In this document: piece after piece, positions 12,920 through 25,839 of the stretch
Layout: every line of letters begins with the position of its first letter
Position numbering within the stretch: the first letter of the stretch is position 1
Assembly: GCA_964016885.1 (NCBI GenBank)
Contig: OZ024748.1
Span: 29,078,001 to 29,142,000 of the forward strand
DNA from: Eledone cirrhosa
Taxonomy: Eukaryota
Direction of reading: 5' to 3'
Length of the DNA: 64,000 nt
Position numbers and translations under genes: made by a program
Notes under the pieces: generated by a model
Told to the model about the DNA's origin: nothing
Databases searched by the model: none
The model's input: the letters and a program-made list of their open reading frames with translations, nothing else

Positions 12920-13130
12920 ATACGAGGTGGGTCAGAAAAGTTCCAGGACTGGTGTCACAAAAGATTTATTTCAAACCCAAACTTCACACTAAGAGTTTCT
13001 CCTTCAAAGTCATCCCCCTGGAGTCTAATGCACTTTTCCATCCTTTTCTGCCACGCTTGCATGCACTCCTGGAAGGATTCTTCCGGGATCCTCCGCAGTT
13101 CCGTCGTCACGGCCTTTTTGATGTCATCAC
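12920..13130 (+). mobile_element. Mariner-type transposon end (remnant)
   Basis: TA|CGAGGTGGGTCAGAAAAGTTCCAGGACT resembles a mariner terminal repeat. I found no partner end. Confidence 0.5.
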
Positions 13131-13369
13131 TGACTGTGATGTCCCAGATGAGACATCTGCCTCTTACCCAGAGACAAAGTGTAATACCATCTAGTCTCTT
13201 CCCATTAATTCTGGATAGACCATTTGGCTCCAGAACTGATGGGATATTTACTCAAGCAAGGCACTGCTTAATGATCAGGTTTAGTTCAGTGGCAGGCGAA
13301 GCAAGCAGCAAGACAAACCATGGAAGCCTGTGGACTTGGGGGTGGGACTAGCAAAGTTGAATTTGGTTG

Positions 13370-14860
13370 TAAAGTAGATGTAGTGATGGAAAGAATTGGT
13401 TTGAATTTGTTGTTGTTCATTTGAGCATGACAGAGGTTGTAGTAGTTTGTGGTGTTGGCTTCATGGGTGATTATGAAGAAGATAAAATTTGTCCTTTATC
13501 CATATAGCCTAACCCTGTCGATAGGGTTGGAGTGTTTTACTAAGCTCTACATCTCTCTACGTCTTGAGCTACTCGAAGTGATGTCCTTCTCTTCCTAGAA
13601 ACGAGAGTGGAATGACTTAAAGAAAATCTTATCTCCTTTTACTTCAAGTTGGCCAGTTTCTCCAGACTACAGGTGCCCACTCAAGATAAAGAAAAATAGC
13701 AGCCAAGTATCATTTGGGGGTCAGGATGTGTGAAGAGATTTTGCTACATTTGTTCCTTGCCCAGAGCAATGTGGAAGCAGCAATCAATAATAGAGGCAGT
13801 AGTGAAAATACTAGAATCACCATCATCACTATTTAACGTCCATTTTCCATGCTAGCATGGGTTGTACTGTTGTGAGCTAGGCCTGGTCAGGTGACCATGT
13901 TTTGCTCATACAGAACTGATTTGGGCTTAGTTTCTACAGATGGATGCCCTTCCTAACGTCAACTATATTTACACTGTGTACTTGGTGCTTTTTGTTGACA
14001 CCTACATGACCACTTTACAGTAGGGACTGGGGACTTTGGTCGGTCAGAATTAAATTTGGATCTTTAAAAGTGATCGCTGTTGCTGTTGTTGTTCGTGTTG
14101 TGTCAGTAAGTCAGGGATCACTAACTGTTGTAGGACAAAGATTTGTTGTCGTTGTTTTCCAATATTATGCAAAAGCTCTATGCAGCTGAAGAAAATGCAT
14201 CTGAAGGCTGTTCGAAAAGTCAGGGTCACCAATGCAGCATATGGAAATGTAGCACAGTTGAATGTAATGAATATGAATGTGGAGTAGATGTAGCGATGGA
14301 ATGAATTGGTATGAGTTTGTTGTTGTTCATTTGAGTATGGCAGAGGTTGTAGTAGTTTATGCTGTTGGCTTGATGGGTGATTATGAAGAAGATAAAATTC
14401 GTCCCATCATAAAGCTGTGTGGAAAGTTGTAGTGCACCTGATCAATGTACACAATAATTTCATTATTATGAACAAATAAAACATGATCGCTACTTTAAAA
14501 ATTTTTATTAAGAAAATAGCTTACATCGAAGCTATTGTTGATAAAGCAGGAAAACAACAAAGAGCCAAGTTTGTTATGTTTGTCTGGCTGGTTTGCGTGT
14601 AATAGTAGTCTAACCAAATGCATTGAACTAACCTTTATCCTGTCAATAGGATTGGAGTGTTTTGCTAAGCACTACATCTCTCTCTACTTCTTGAGCAACT
14701 CGAGGTGATCTTCTTCTCTTCATAGAAACGTGAGTGGAAAAACTTAAAGAAAATCTGATCTCCTTTCATTCACGTTGACCAGCCTCTCCAGATTACTGGC
14801 GCCAACTTGAGATAAAGAAAAAATAGCAGCTAATTGTTATTTGAGGGTCAGTATGTGTGG
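13370..14860. repeat. Local direct duplication
   Basis: 13370-13495 matches 14284-14405, and 13510-13735 matches 14630-14860, both diverged. Confidence 0.8.
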
Positions 14861-15281
14861 AGATTTCACTTCAAGCCTACCATAGGACCATCTCAGACCC
14901 CTACAGACATTAGCTCCCATTCTGGGTGCAATGGAGATGTGGAGCTCATCCAGACTGAGAAATTCACCAATGTTGGCCACAAGCAGGGTATCAACCCAGT
15001 CAATGGAAAGTGAGTTGAAGGTATCACTCGAACTGACAAATCCAGCTCCCTCCATTGTAGTAGAACAAATGAAATTAAAATTAAATAATTAAGTTCTATG
15101 AAATAAAATATTACGACCGCCTCCAAATCAATGGACGATGTTTTTTTTATTTATTTAAAAGAAACGCGAATAACTTAATAATTGTTTCTACTTTAGGCAC
15201 AAGGCCAGCAATTATCCAGTGCAATAATGGGGTGGAGACTATTACGGAGGTGAAGGTCATGGTCGTTGTAAGTTCATACTT

Positions 15282-15296
15282 GTGCCATCTAGTGGC
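15282..15296 (-). promoter_or_regulatory. CTCF-like motif upstream of the SAFB start codon
   Basis: The - strand reads GCCACTAGATGGCAC, matching the CCASYAGRKGGCR consensus. It lies about 155 bp before the ATG. Confidence 0.55.
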
Positions 15297-15449
15297 AACA
15301 ATAAAGAAAGCAGGCTCTACTTTATCATAGGTAAAAGGGAGTTAACTCAGTTTGCGTGTAACTAATTTGTATTAATTACATTTTAAAAGTTTTTTCTTAA
15401 CAGTGAGCACTTAAATCTTTCAAAATTTATACACATATATCTATACCAT

Positions 15450-15587
15450 ATGATGGCCAATGTTAGTGGTGAGATCTCCAGCGACAAGTTAATAGATTTA
15501 AGGGTTGTGGATCTCCGCAGCGAACTGGAAAAACGAGGACTAGAGAAGACTGGAGTGAAGGCCGTGTTGTTGGAACGACTAGGAAAG
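15450..15587 (+). CDS. SAFB: SAFB/SLTM-family protein, exon 1 (SAP domain)
   Basis: KLIDLRVVDLRSELEKRGLEKTGVKAVLLERLGK; donor aag|gtagga; 46 codons, phase 0. Confidence 0.9.
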
Positions 15588-16649
15588 GTAGGATATACGT
15601 ATATAAATATGATAGACTTTACAATGTCCACTTGTTGTTTATATATATAATATTATAATATATAGTGTTATCGGTTGGTGCAATTTTCATAACAGATCGA
15701 AATAAACATGATTTTCAAAGAAAATTATGATTTCGTCGTGGAAGGGTGCCATTTTAAGCACCAACCCGTTATGCATCTGTCATTTGTTTTACGAGTGTTT
15801 TATAAGTATGTAATTTTACAAAATTTCGAAATCATTTGTTGTACATCCACCACCCCCACCTGGTTATTGTCATTTATTTCACTACGTGCAGCAATTTAAT
15901 GGAAAATAATAACATTTGTCTCTTGATTGTAAGATGTACCACGACAAAATACTTAGCAACTTAATATATAATGGTGAATCTACCACAATGCAAATATTTC
16001 AGCTTTGACACAACCTTACATCGTGTGACTTGCTTAAACTCCGAAAACGGTCTATTTACCCACACCCCCATATATATATATCTATCAAATATAGAGATAT
16101 AAGTAGAGGATTATATATACAAATATATCTATCTCTATATATATCCTCTGCCTATACTCCCTTAATGGAACATAAACATTTAAGTTCAGTACACAGGTGT
16201 CCCATCTGCGGCAATGTACTGTTCGAAGAAGCACCCAGCAGGACACAACAACCGGAAGCTCTAGGTACAATGTCAACCAAGTCCTAGTAACCACTTCTTT
16301 TCTGCACGTGTGATCATCCACTGGAACAACCTCAGAGTCAACATTTTAAAGTCAAGGCTCGAGAAGGAGTGGACCAATCACCCGCTCAAGTTTAACTATC
16401 GCTTCTCGAATCAGGGAGGCATCGATACCAAATGATGTTCGATACTCAAAAGAGGATCATCTCTACATTGGTATGTGTCTAATTACCATTACCGGGTACC
16501 AAATGACCATACTTAAGATATATACTTTAATTGATGTTCAGAGTCTAAAGTATCTATTTTCATCTGTGAGGAAGAAAGTTTACCAAACGATATTAATGAA
16601 CACAGACACAAGGAAATTCATTAATATTTTGTTATTGCTGTCTCAATTA

Positions 16650-16790
16650 GGTCGGAGGATTAGTTGAATCGTTGAGTTCAAATCCCACCGAGGCCAAATT
16701 TGTCTTTCATCCTTCTGAGATCGAAGAAATAAAGTACCAGTGAAGTACTGGAGTCGATTTAATCGACTTTACCCTCCCATAAATTGATGT
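16650..16790 (+). mobile_element. SINE-like fragment
   Basis: gagttcaaatcccaccgaggccaaatttgtctttcatcc..aataaagtaccagt, the same family as 50699-50880. Confidence 0.65.
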
Positions 16791-16831
16791 CCCTATCTCT
16801 ATATGTGCGCGTGTAAATATATATATTTGTA

Positions 16832-18548
16832 CTCTCGTGTCTCGAATAATGCCCATCCTCCCATTTATTTTTCTGATCCCCCACCCCCGCTTATTAAATT
16901 TTTCTAATCTGTGTCCGGTGAAATTTTATTTTAAGTGGTGGCATTCCTGCGACAACTAATTTTCTTTATACATTAAACAAGATACATGACGAAAATATTA
17001 CATTAGTAGAAATCCCATACGCTATAAAATAAATACGATGGGTTGGGGTCTCAATATGTAAACTTCTTCGCCCATCTATTCCTGAGAGGGTTGTGGAGGC
17101 AGAGTCCTCAAACACTCTTTCCAGATGGTCCTGTCAGAAGCAACTGATCCAGCTGGATCCCTAAGCAAGACCAACCAAGCTTATAGATGTTATCTATGCT
17201 CTGGGTCTTCTGCCATTTGGCTTTGTCCATAAAATCTGTCCAGTGATTCTTTCCTCAGATATACATGCCCATAGTATAGGAGCTGTGATTTTTCAATTCG
17301 GCGAAGTAGCGGCTCTACTTGGAGTGGCCCTTTGATCACCAAGCTATGCACTCTATCAAGTAATGTTACTCTCAAGACCCTTCGGAGGAACCCCATTTTG
17401 GTCACTTGTATTCGCAATCGTATGCTTTCAGTCATTACCCAAGATTCATGACCATAGGTAAGGGTTGGCACAAATACTGAATTGAAGATAGGGAGTTTAG
17501 CTTTTACACCTACCTCCCTTCTTCTGATTACCAAATGCTGAAGCTGACGAATTACTGCACCAGCTCCTGCAATTCTTACACTTAATTCAGCCTTCCATCA
17601 CTCGTGTACATGGCCCCGAGACACTTGAACTTCTCCACCTGCTTCATTGGAACTTCATTCAGATGTAGTGTGCACTGCGCATGCTTCCTTGAGAGGACGA
17701 ATTTCATTTCGCAGTACTGATTTTCATTTCAGCCATGCAGTATTCAGCATTGAACCTTTCAAGTGCAAGTCTGAGATCATCTGCAAATTCCAGCTGACTG
17801 ATTTTACACCCACCAGTCATGATACCACTTCCAACTTGACTGTGCATCTCGATCCTGTTCATGAAGATAATGAACAGGATAGGTGACAGTAGACACTCTT
17901 GATGGAGTCTGACTCCCACATTGAATAGTTTCGATCTTTACCTCTGTTTATCCGAACGCAACTACTTGAGCATTTATTTAGAGACATCAGAGCAGCAAGA
18001 AGCTGACTATCGATCCCTATACTCCTTCCTGCAGAACCTTCCACCACAGGTCCCGAGGAATGCATCATATGCCTTTTCGGGATCTACAAAAAAAGAATAT
18101 ACCTCCTGACAATACTCCCATGATCTCTCAAAGACCTGCCGCGGTGTGAATATTTGGTTGGCTGTGCTGCATCCGGGGCGAAAATCACACTGCTCATCAG
18201 CTAGCTTGGACTCAACAATCTCCCTGCATCTCTTTGCGAGACACTTAGCATAGACTTTACCGGGGAGGCTTAACAAGGAGATCCCTCTGTAATTGGAACA
18301 ATCTGTTTTGTCTCCCTTTTTGAAAATTGGAATTATTACTCCCGATTGCCATTGTTTAGGTGCCTTTCCAGAGATCCAGGCCACCCAGTACACACAAGTT
18401 AGCCAGAGAATACCTTCTCCATTTAGTTTTTGTAAACTAAACGACTAATTCTGGTTCTAAAGACAATTAAAAAAAAATTAGAAAAATTACCAATTTTCCA
18501 CCTGCAACCTCACTTATTCCAACCCCCCTATTATTTGGGACCTGAGAG
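16832..18548. mobile_element. TA-flanked non-autonomous DNA transposon containing a nested LINE
   Basis: Terminal inverted repeats ta|ctctcgtgtctcgaataat and attatttgggacctgagag|ta. Confidence 0.55.
17040..18425 (-). mobile_element. RTE-clade LINE RT fragment, decayed
   Basis: WQSGVIIPIFKKGD, NYRGISLLS, LLSPILF, FADD and TLTYGHESW in broken ORFs. Confidence 0.85.
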
Positions 18549-19000
18549 TATGTGTGTGTTCATATTTAATGATTGGATGTGGGGGAGCTATTATTAAAAA
18601 TATTGTATTAGGGAGAGCTTTGATTTGCATATAAAGTAAGCATTACCCACACATATATAATGTGGTGATCATGGTGTCGGGTAGTTAATGTTTAACTTTT
18701 ATATTCACATAATTACCTCCTAAAGTATAACAATATCTGTTTCAACACACATTTTTAGATAAGAAATTTTGCAAAAGAAATACAAAAACGATTTATTTAT
18801 TTTTTCTTTTAACTCTCCCACTCTTTGCTTTACTTATATCAATCTCTCTCTCCCTCTCTCTCTCTCTTGTTCTACATTTTCTTCTGTCTCTAGTTGTTAA
18901 ATTGATATACTGTCCGTAAAATAATGGTTTATCTACTACATAGTTATGATAATGGGGATTTCACTAACTGTATTGTACTTTTCTTATCTGTTTATTACAG

Positions 19001-19061
19001 GCTCTGAAAAGTGAAGGTGGAAGTCTAGGAAGTGAAGTCAAATCAGACGCAACTCCATCTC
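19001..19061 (+). CDS. SAFB: SAFB-like exon 2
   Basis: ttacag acceptor and c|gtaagt donor; ALKSEGGSLGSEVKSDATPS; phase 0 to 1. Confidence 0.8.
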
Positions 19062-20277
19062 GTAAGTTAATTTTTACTTTTAGACATTTTGATTCCTTTA
19101 TTTTATTTGGTCGTTTTGGTGACACTAAAAAAAGCACCCAGTCCACACTGAAAAGTGGTGGTGTAGGTGTCACAACAAAAAGTACCCAGCCTACACTGTG
19201 AAGTGGTTGTGTTTCTTTTTAGCATAGTTGAAATGACAAGGTCATTTTTATATAATTTACTATATTTTTATTGTGCTGGTGTGACACTAAAATATATTTA
19301 GTACTCTCTGTAAGGTGGTTGGTGATAAAGAGGTCATCCAGGTGTAGAAGCCATAACTGTAATCTATATTAGCAGGATGTACCCCCGCCCCCCTGAGCTC
19401 AGGGAGGACAGTAAATTCAGTAAAGTACTGACTTCTTGGCCTGTAATGACTCGTGCCAGCTACTTCAAGTTAACATGGCGACAAGGAAGGTCGCTTGACC
19501 ACGTCTTGACCGAACAAAATATAATATTTTCACCAAAAACTGCCCTTTAAACACATGTCAGATGGATTACAATATTCATTATCACAATTACTTTCACTGT
19601 TCCCTGACAACTAGTACCAGTTTCAAGATAGAATTATTTTAACGAAGTATATATAATTTGACTTGATTTTCGCCAACAAACCACGTGTGGACATGGACGG
19701 GGAAAAAAGGGAAAAAAAAACAAAACAAATCACTACGTCCCTTAAGGATCGCAGTAAGTACTCCACAAAACATATAAACAACAATATACACACAGATTTA
19801 TATACAGATACATACCATATGCATATACACATACGTGAAAAGAAACCACACTATTTCGTGTGAGACACTATACCGGCCAATTTTACCAATTTACATTGGT
19901 AAAATATTTCTTAACATTGACCTCGCTTCTAACCCACATACACCTTTTAATTATATATATATATACTAGCAGCTGAAAGTTAATAATTTGGAAAAAAAAA
20001 TATTATTGAAAGTTTACTATAAAGAAGCAGTATCAGGGGAAAAAAAAACAAAAAAAAACCTTATTTCGCTGTTAATAAACAACTGCCTTCTACAGTACGT
20101 TTCATTTAACTTACGCAGCATATTTATTTGTTTACATGTAATGTAATTCAGACTCTTCTGTACACACACAACATTTAGGAAAACGGAAACAAAATACACA
20201 AAAAAACAGACATTTTATTTCTATCGTAATCAAGTGCGCTAAACCTATATTGTTTACATTCTGTGTTTTTCTACGGA

Positions 20278-21650
20278 TGGGTAGAAATAACAAAATTGCC
20301 ATGGTGATATCCATCGATGAAATATGTGACAAAACCGGCCGATGTCCCAAGATAGAACATTGCCCAGAAAATCACATCTGCCATATCTGTGCGGAACCCG
20401 AAAACTCGTTCCGTAATCGCTGGGTCGAATGTGGAACCTGTCGCATCTCTGTCTGCCTTCAATGCGCCACAGGCTTCCGGAGGATCCCAGGCCAAAAAAA
20501 GAGACACCATAATGCTATGATGGATGGAATATGGGAGATGGTCCAGCTAAAATCCTGGTCCTTTCAGTGTCTGGCCTGTGTGCCTGCCTCCACGAATGTT
20601 ATTAATGTTATTGAAAAACAACAACAACAACAAAAACCAATGACTGTGTCTTCCTCTACCACTGTTACTGAACAACGGCAAAAACCTATGACACTGGCTT
20701 CTACTGTTATTCCTGTGGGAGAACATCAGAAACAACAACAACCCATGTCTTCCACTCCCAGTACATCTCGACACCAACAACTGGTGACTGTGTCTTCCCC
20801 TACCATTCCCGTGGAGGAACATCATCATCACCAACAACAACAACAGCAACAACCTGCGACTGTGTCCTCCCCTGCCATTCCCGTGGAGGAACATCATCAT
20901 CACCAACAACAACAACAACAGCAACAACCTGCGACTGTGTCCTCCCCTGCCATTCCCGTGGAGGAACATCATCACCAACAACGACAGCAGCAGCAGCAAC
21001 AACAACAACAACAACAACCGACCAGTACAGATTTTGCGGAACTGCAACTAATGATTTCTGCTCTGAGAAGGGAAGTTGCAGGAATAGAGGCAAGCATTCG
21101 GGTAGGACCCCACAATGAGGGGTCTTATCGGAATGCCTTGCTAAAGAATCTCCCTGTACCTCTTGCTGGAAAGACTGAAAAGACTGCGGAATCTGCTACC
21201 CATGAAGTGATTGCCATTGGGGTACCAGAGGACAAGGCCGATCTTCAGGCATTTGCTGCCAGCTCGGCCAAAGACCTAGGCTGTGTTCCCCCAAAGGGTG
21301 CCCTCCGCCTTGGTCGACCTGGTCCAAAACCCAGACTCATCAGGCTGTCTTTCTCGGACCCCGCAGAGGCAACCTCATATCATCTGGCCTCTGCTAAAGC
21401 TGGGCGTGAAAATCGGATTACCTTCCGAACACGCCCAGGCCTACCACCCCATGTACGTCCAAAACTACGTGCTGCAGCCTCCTTGAATCGGAACTCAGCA
21501 CAAGATGAAAGTTTCAGTCTGCGTGATGATGGGCAGATCTGGAGGTTTGTCAAGGCGGGTGAAACGTGGAAGAGAGATACCAGCTGGTCTGAGTGTGATC
21601 TACCCACAATAACTGGCAATGTAAAAACTGCTACAACTCTGGGAAACTAA
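20278..21650 (+). CDS. LINE ORF1: PHD-like finger, Q/H-rich repeats, CR1/L2 ORF1-like C-terminus
   Basis: CHIC...WVECGTC..SVCLQC...FQCLAC; polyQ; RLGRPGPKPRLIRLSF. Open frame, first ATG at 20278. Confidence 0.82.
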
Positions 21651-21706
21651 ACCAGAACAACCTGCCACCCTCTACACACCATCATAGACTGCGAGCAGGG
21701 TACAAA

Positions 21707-24465
21707 TTGTTGTCCTTAAATGCTCGCAGTTTATGCAACAAGATACATCTGTTCGAATCCTACGTCAGAAGCATCGACCCTGACTTCATCACAGTCACGG
21801 AAACATGGGCACATTCCTTACTCTGTGATGGGGTTTTCACCATTACTGGGTACAACCTTTTCCGCAAGGACCGCATTAACCGCCGTGGTGGTCTACGTTC
21901 GTTCGTTCAAACTTTTCGGTAATTCCTTGCGTTGATTTGAACGAATCACAGGAAGAAGTTTTTTTCTGTGACATACGTATGACCATGTCAACACTTCTGC
22001 TTGGTGTTGTTTATCGCTCCCCAAACTACCATCAGGACACACAGCTTTGCGATATCCTCAGAGTTGCTGCCAAGAAAACAGCCACTTATGTGTTTATTGC
22101 AGGTGACTTCAATCATCCTGAGATCGATTGGGAAACCTTTCGTTGGCCACAGGGTGCAAACGATTTCCTTGAACTAGTGCTGGACTCAAACTGGTCACAA
22201 GTAGTCACCTCTCCAACAAGAGGTGACAACACTTTGGACCTGATCTTCACCACTACTCCTGAAGTGGTTATCAGTTGTACTACTGAGGAACCTCTAGGCG
22301 ACTCTGATCATGCTATGATCATTGCCAATCTGGCACTTGAGGGCAGCAACAAAAACCAGAGCCATCTCCAATCTGCTTGCTTTGATTGGAAGAGGGCGGA
22401 TTGGAACTTGTACTGCACTGAGCTACAGCGCCCAAACTGGCATGAGATGTATAACTCTGGAGATGTGAACTCTATACTCCAGAGCATCCTGGACTCAATA
22501 TGGATAGCGTGTGCAGCATCAGTGCCACGGAAGCGGAAAAATAACCACCCCAAAAGTGCAATCTGGGAAACTTCAGCAGTCCGACTTGCCAGGAAAGAAC
22601 GTCGGAACGCTGAACGGGAATATAAACTGCATAGATCAGATGCCAACAGAAAAAAGCGGAATAAATCTTCTAACCATCTCAAGCAAGTGACAAAGAAGGC
22701 AGTGCTTGAATTTGAACAGTGCATCGCAACCAATCCTGACAGTAAGGTGTTCTGGAAATATGTTCATTCAAAGCAGAGACCTCACTCTCCAGTTGGTCCT
22801 CTTCGCAATCCCCACACAAGCCAGATCACTGACGATCCCAAGGAATGCGCAGAACTCATTGCTGAGTGCTATGCAAGTATTTTTACTGTTGAAAACCAGA
22901 ATGTACCATCTCCACCATCTCTAACATCAAATTCCATAACAACTATGGAATTTACACCTGCAATGTTGCGACGTCACCTTAAGAATAAGCGCAACTATGC
23001 CTCCCCTGGTCTTGATGGTGTGACATACCTGCTTCTCAAACGTGGCGGGGATTTCCTTTTGCGCCAGCTTTCTTTTTTCTTTCAATACTGTCTCAGCAAT
23101 GGTGCTACTCCGGAGCAGTGGAAAACTGCCAGTGTCATTCCCCTGTTCAAAAAGGGCAACCGCATGTCACCTGTCAACTATCGTCCAGTCAGTCTTACTA
23201 GCTGTATGGCCAAACTGATGGAATCCTGTGTCAGAGAAACACTTTGGAACTTCTGGAGCTCTCACAGCCTCATCCGGCCCTCACAGTTTGGATTTATCCC
23301 TAACTCCAGCTGCTGTGATCAGCTTATCGAGTTCCTTGAGGACATCACCCGGATCACTGACAGCGGCTCATGGGTGGATGTTGTTTACCTTGACTTTGCT
23401 AAGGCTTTTAATTCTGTGCCACACAAAAGACTTATGGCAAAACTCTCTGCAATGAGTGTGAGGGATGATCTTTTCGACTGGCTGAAATCCTTCATTCTCA
23501 GCCGAAGGGAAGTAGTCACGGTTCTAGGACAGCATTCTTCACCATATGAGATGTCATCTGGTGTACCACAGGGATCTGTTCTTGGTCCTCTTTTGTTTGT
23601 GGCATATATTAATGACATAGATGCCAACTTACAGAATGCCACGGTACTAAAATATGCAGATGACATCAAGCTGTACCTTGAAATCAAAAGGACTGATCCT
23701 GAAATTTACAACTCTTTCCTACAATCAGACCTGGACACAATGCAGCAATGGATCACAGACTGGCAACTGAAGCTGGCTGTGGACAAGTGTACCACCATGC
23801 ATTTTGGAAGGAAAAATCCAGCGTCCACATACTCCCTCCACAACACTGACATCAAAAAGTCCTCTTGTGAACGTGACCTAGGCATTACTGTCAGCAACGA
23901 TTTGCGTTGGACAAAGCATGTCTCTAAGATTGTCAAGAAGGCCGAGGGTGTCTTGGCATCACTCAGCAAGACCTTTGTTAGCCGCTCTCCAGCCATCTAT
24001 TTAAAACTGTATACAGCTATGGTGCGACCACACTTGGAATTCGCATCATCAGTCTGGAACCCCTATCTTGCTCGGAACATTGACCTCCTGGAAACTGTTC
24101 AGAGACGTGCAACCAAGCGCATACCCTCCATCAGACACCTACCATACTCTGAACGCCTTGCTTCCCTGGGCATGGATTCATTGAAGCTCCGACGTCTGGC
24201 AGTGGACTTGGTGAATACCCACAAAGTTTTTAACCATCTCGCCAACTGCAACCCTGAGCGCCTCTTTGATCTCCATGTGTCTAACACACGTGGACATGCC
24301 TACAAGATAAGAAAACAGCACAGCTCCCATGACTTTCGCAGACATTTTTTCACGCTCAGAGTTGCTGAAACATGGAACAAACTGCCTGCGTCAATTGTTA
24401 GCTGCCGAGACACTGCATCCTTTAAGACACTCATGCTTCCCGAAATACGCCAAAACTACACCTGA
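21707..24465 (+). CDS. LINE ORF2 (APE endonuclease and RT) with one frame disruption at about 21890-21936
   Basis: LNARSL, VTETW, GDFN, SDH, NYRPVSLTS, YLDFAKAF, GVPQGSVLGPLLF, YADD and VRPHLEFASSVW. The remaining 842 aa are open. Confidence 0.88.
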
Positions 24466-25062
24466 TGTGCCCCTTCCATACACATGCACACATGTGTGCA
24501 CTGTTCATTTTACTGATGTTTGTGCATTGCCCTATGTACTGTACATGCACTTTTTTGATGGGTTGTGGTGCACCTGGGCACTGTACACAATATTTCATTA
24601 TTGTTATTGTTATTATATCATGACTCATACACTGTTTATTTTCCTGACATTTGTACATTATTCTATGTACTATACATGCACCTTTGATGAGTTGTAGTGC
24701 ACCTGAGCACTGTACACAATAATTTCATTATTATTATTACTTTATTTATCAAATCTAAAATGGTGAGAGGCAAAATTGACTTTGACAAGATTTGGACTCA
24801 TAGCTGAGAGAACTGGAACAAGTCTCATAAGCCACTTTATCTAAAGACCTTCCAATCTTCATAGCTGAGAGAGCTGGGACAAACCTCACAAGCCATTCTA
24901 TGTGAAGACCTAACAAACCATTTGCTTATGAAGTAAATTACTTAGCTACACAGCCATGCTTGCACATATGACCAAATATCCATGATGTTGAAGAAAAGAA
25001 GTAAATTCCATTAAATATTGATTGAAACACAAATCTAATTATATTTAATATTTATTTTTCAG

Positions 25063-25091
25063 AAGATCTTGCTGCTTTGGTCAAAATTGAG
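25063..25091 (+). CDS. SAFB: SAFB-like exon 3 (29-bp microexon)
   Basis: tttttcag acceptor and gag|gtgagt donor; QDLAALVKIE; phase 1 to 0. Confidence 0.68.
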
Positions 25092-25561
25092 GTGAGTTTC
25101 TTTTGTATTCATTAGACTGTGGACATGCTAGTGCACCACCTTGAAGGGATTTTGTTGGTTATATTGATCCCAGTACTTATTTGATCAATCTTTAGGTTAT
25201 GGAGCACACACAGGTATTATAACGTCCATTTACTGTAGATTCACCAAAGTGGGCAATCGATACATAGTTTCCAGTAGGCATATTGGTGTTGTACTAAGCA
25301 GAGTGTAATACTAATAATAAGGAAAGGACGAGGTGTTAGGTCTTCATTACATTTATTGAGGTTTCATGATTGATCAGTTCAAGGCTCGATCTATGTCAAT
25401 CTGGCCCAACTCTGGAATCAAAAGCTCATCAGACTTCTGTTATGGTAATGACAGAACGATTCCCTTACAGTTTTGAAAAAGTATATAACAATTTTTATTC
25501 ATTTATGCTGGTCAGTTTTACTTCATTTTGATTGGTGGTGTTGTGACAAAAAATGATTGGG

Positions 25562-25619
25562 TGAATCCATTCATCAGATAGAAATCTTTAGTAAGATTTC
25601 TATCTGATGAATGGATTCA
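25562..25619. repeat. Perfect 27-bp-stem hairpin
   Basis: tgaatccattcatcagatagaaatctt-tagt-aagatttctatctgatgaatggattca. Confidence 0.92.
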
Positions 25620-25839
25620 GATGTCTCTCTTAGAATCGTCTGACTTTGTGAAACCTTGGGTAATGGAATGATTATATTGTGTTGTTTATTACATAATTAA
25701 ATAGCTCCTTACTATACATAGAGCACTCTTCTTTCATTTACCTTTTTCACGGAAATACTTAACATATATATAGATATATGTATATATATATCAATGATAG
25801 GCTTCTGCGCAGTTTTCATCTACTAAATTTCACTCACAA

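Larger units (their letters stand above)
19380..24740 (+). mobile_element. Near full-length CR1/L2-group LINE, sense to the host gene in intron 2
   Basis: Long 5' region, ORF1, APE-RT ORF2 and a 3' UTR ending in (TTA)n at about 24728-24740. The 5' boundary is approximate. Confidence 0.88.

Noticed and set aside
12849-13194. 152-aa SAP-fusion protein (ORF 12736-13194)
   Set aside because: After the SAP fragment the frame reads through SINE and mariner remnants, which is most likely chance.
14837-15126. Divergent head-to-head gene beside the SAFB promoter
   Set aside because: The short ORFs have no recognisable domain. The adjoining duplicated block has stops in the frames I read, in both copies.
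20547-21093. Hydrophobic poly-L/V ORFs on the - strand
   Set aside because: They are antisense shadows of the CAA/CAT repeats in LINE ORF1.
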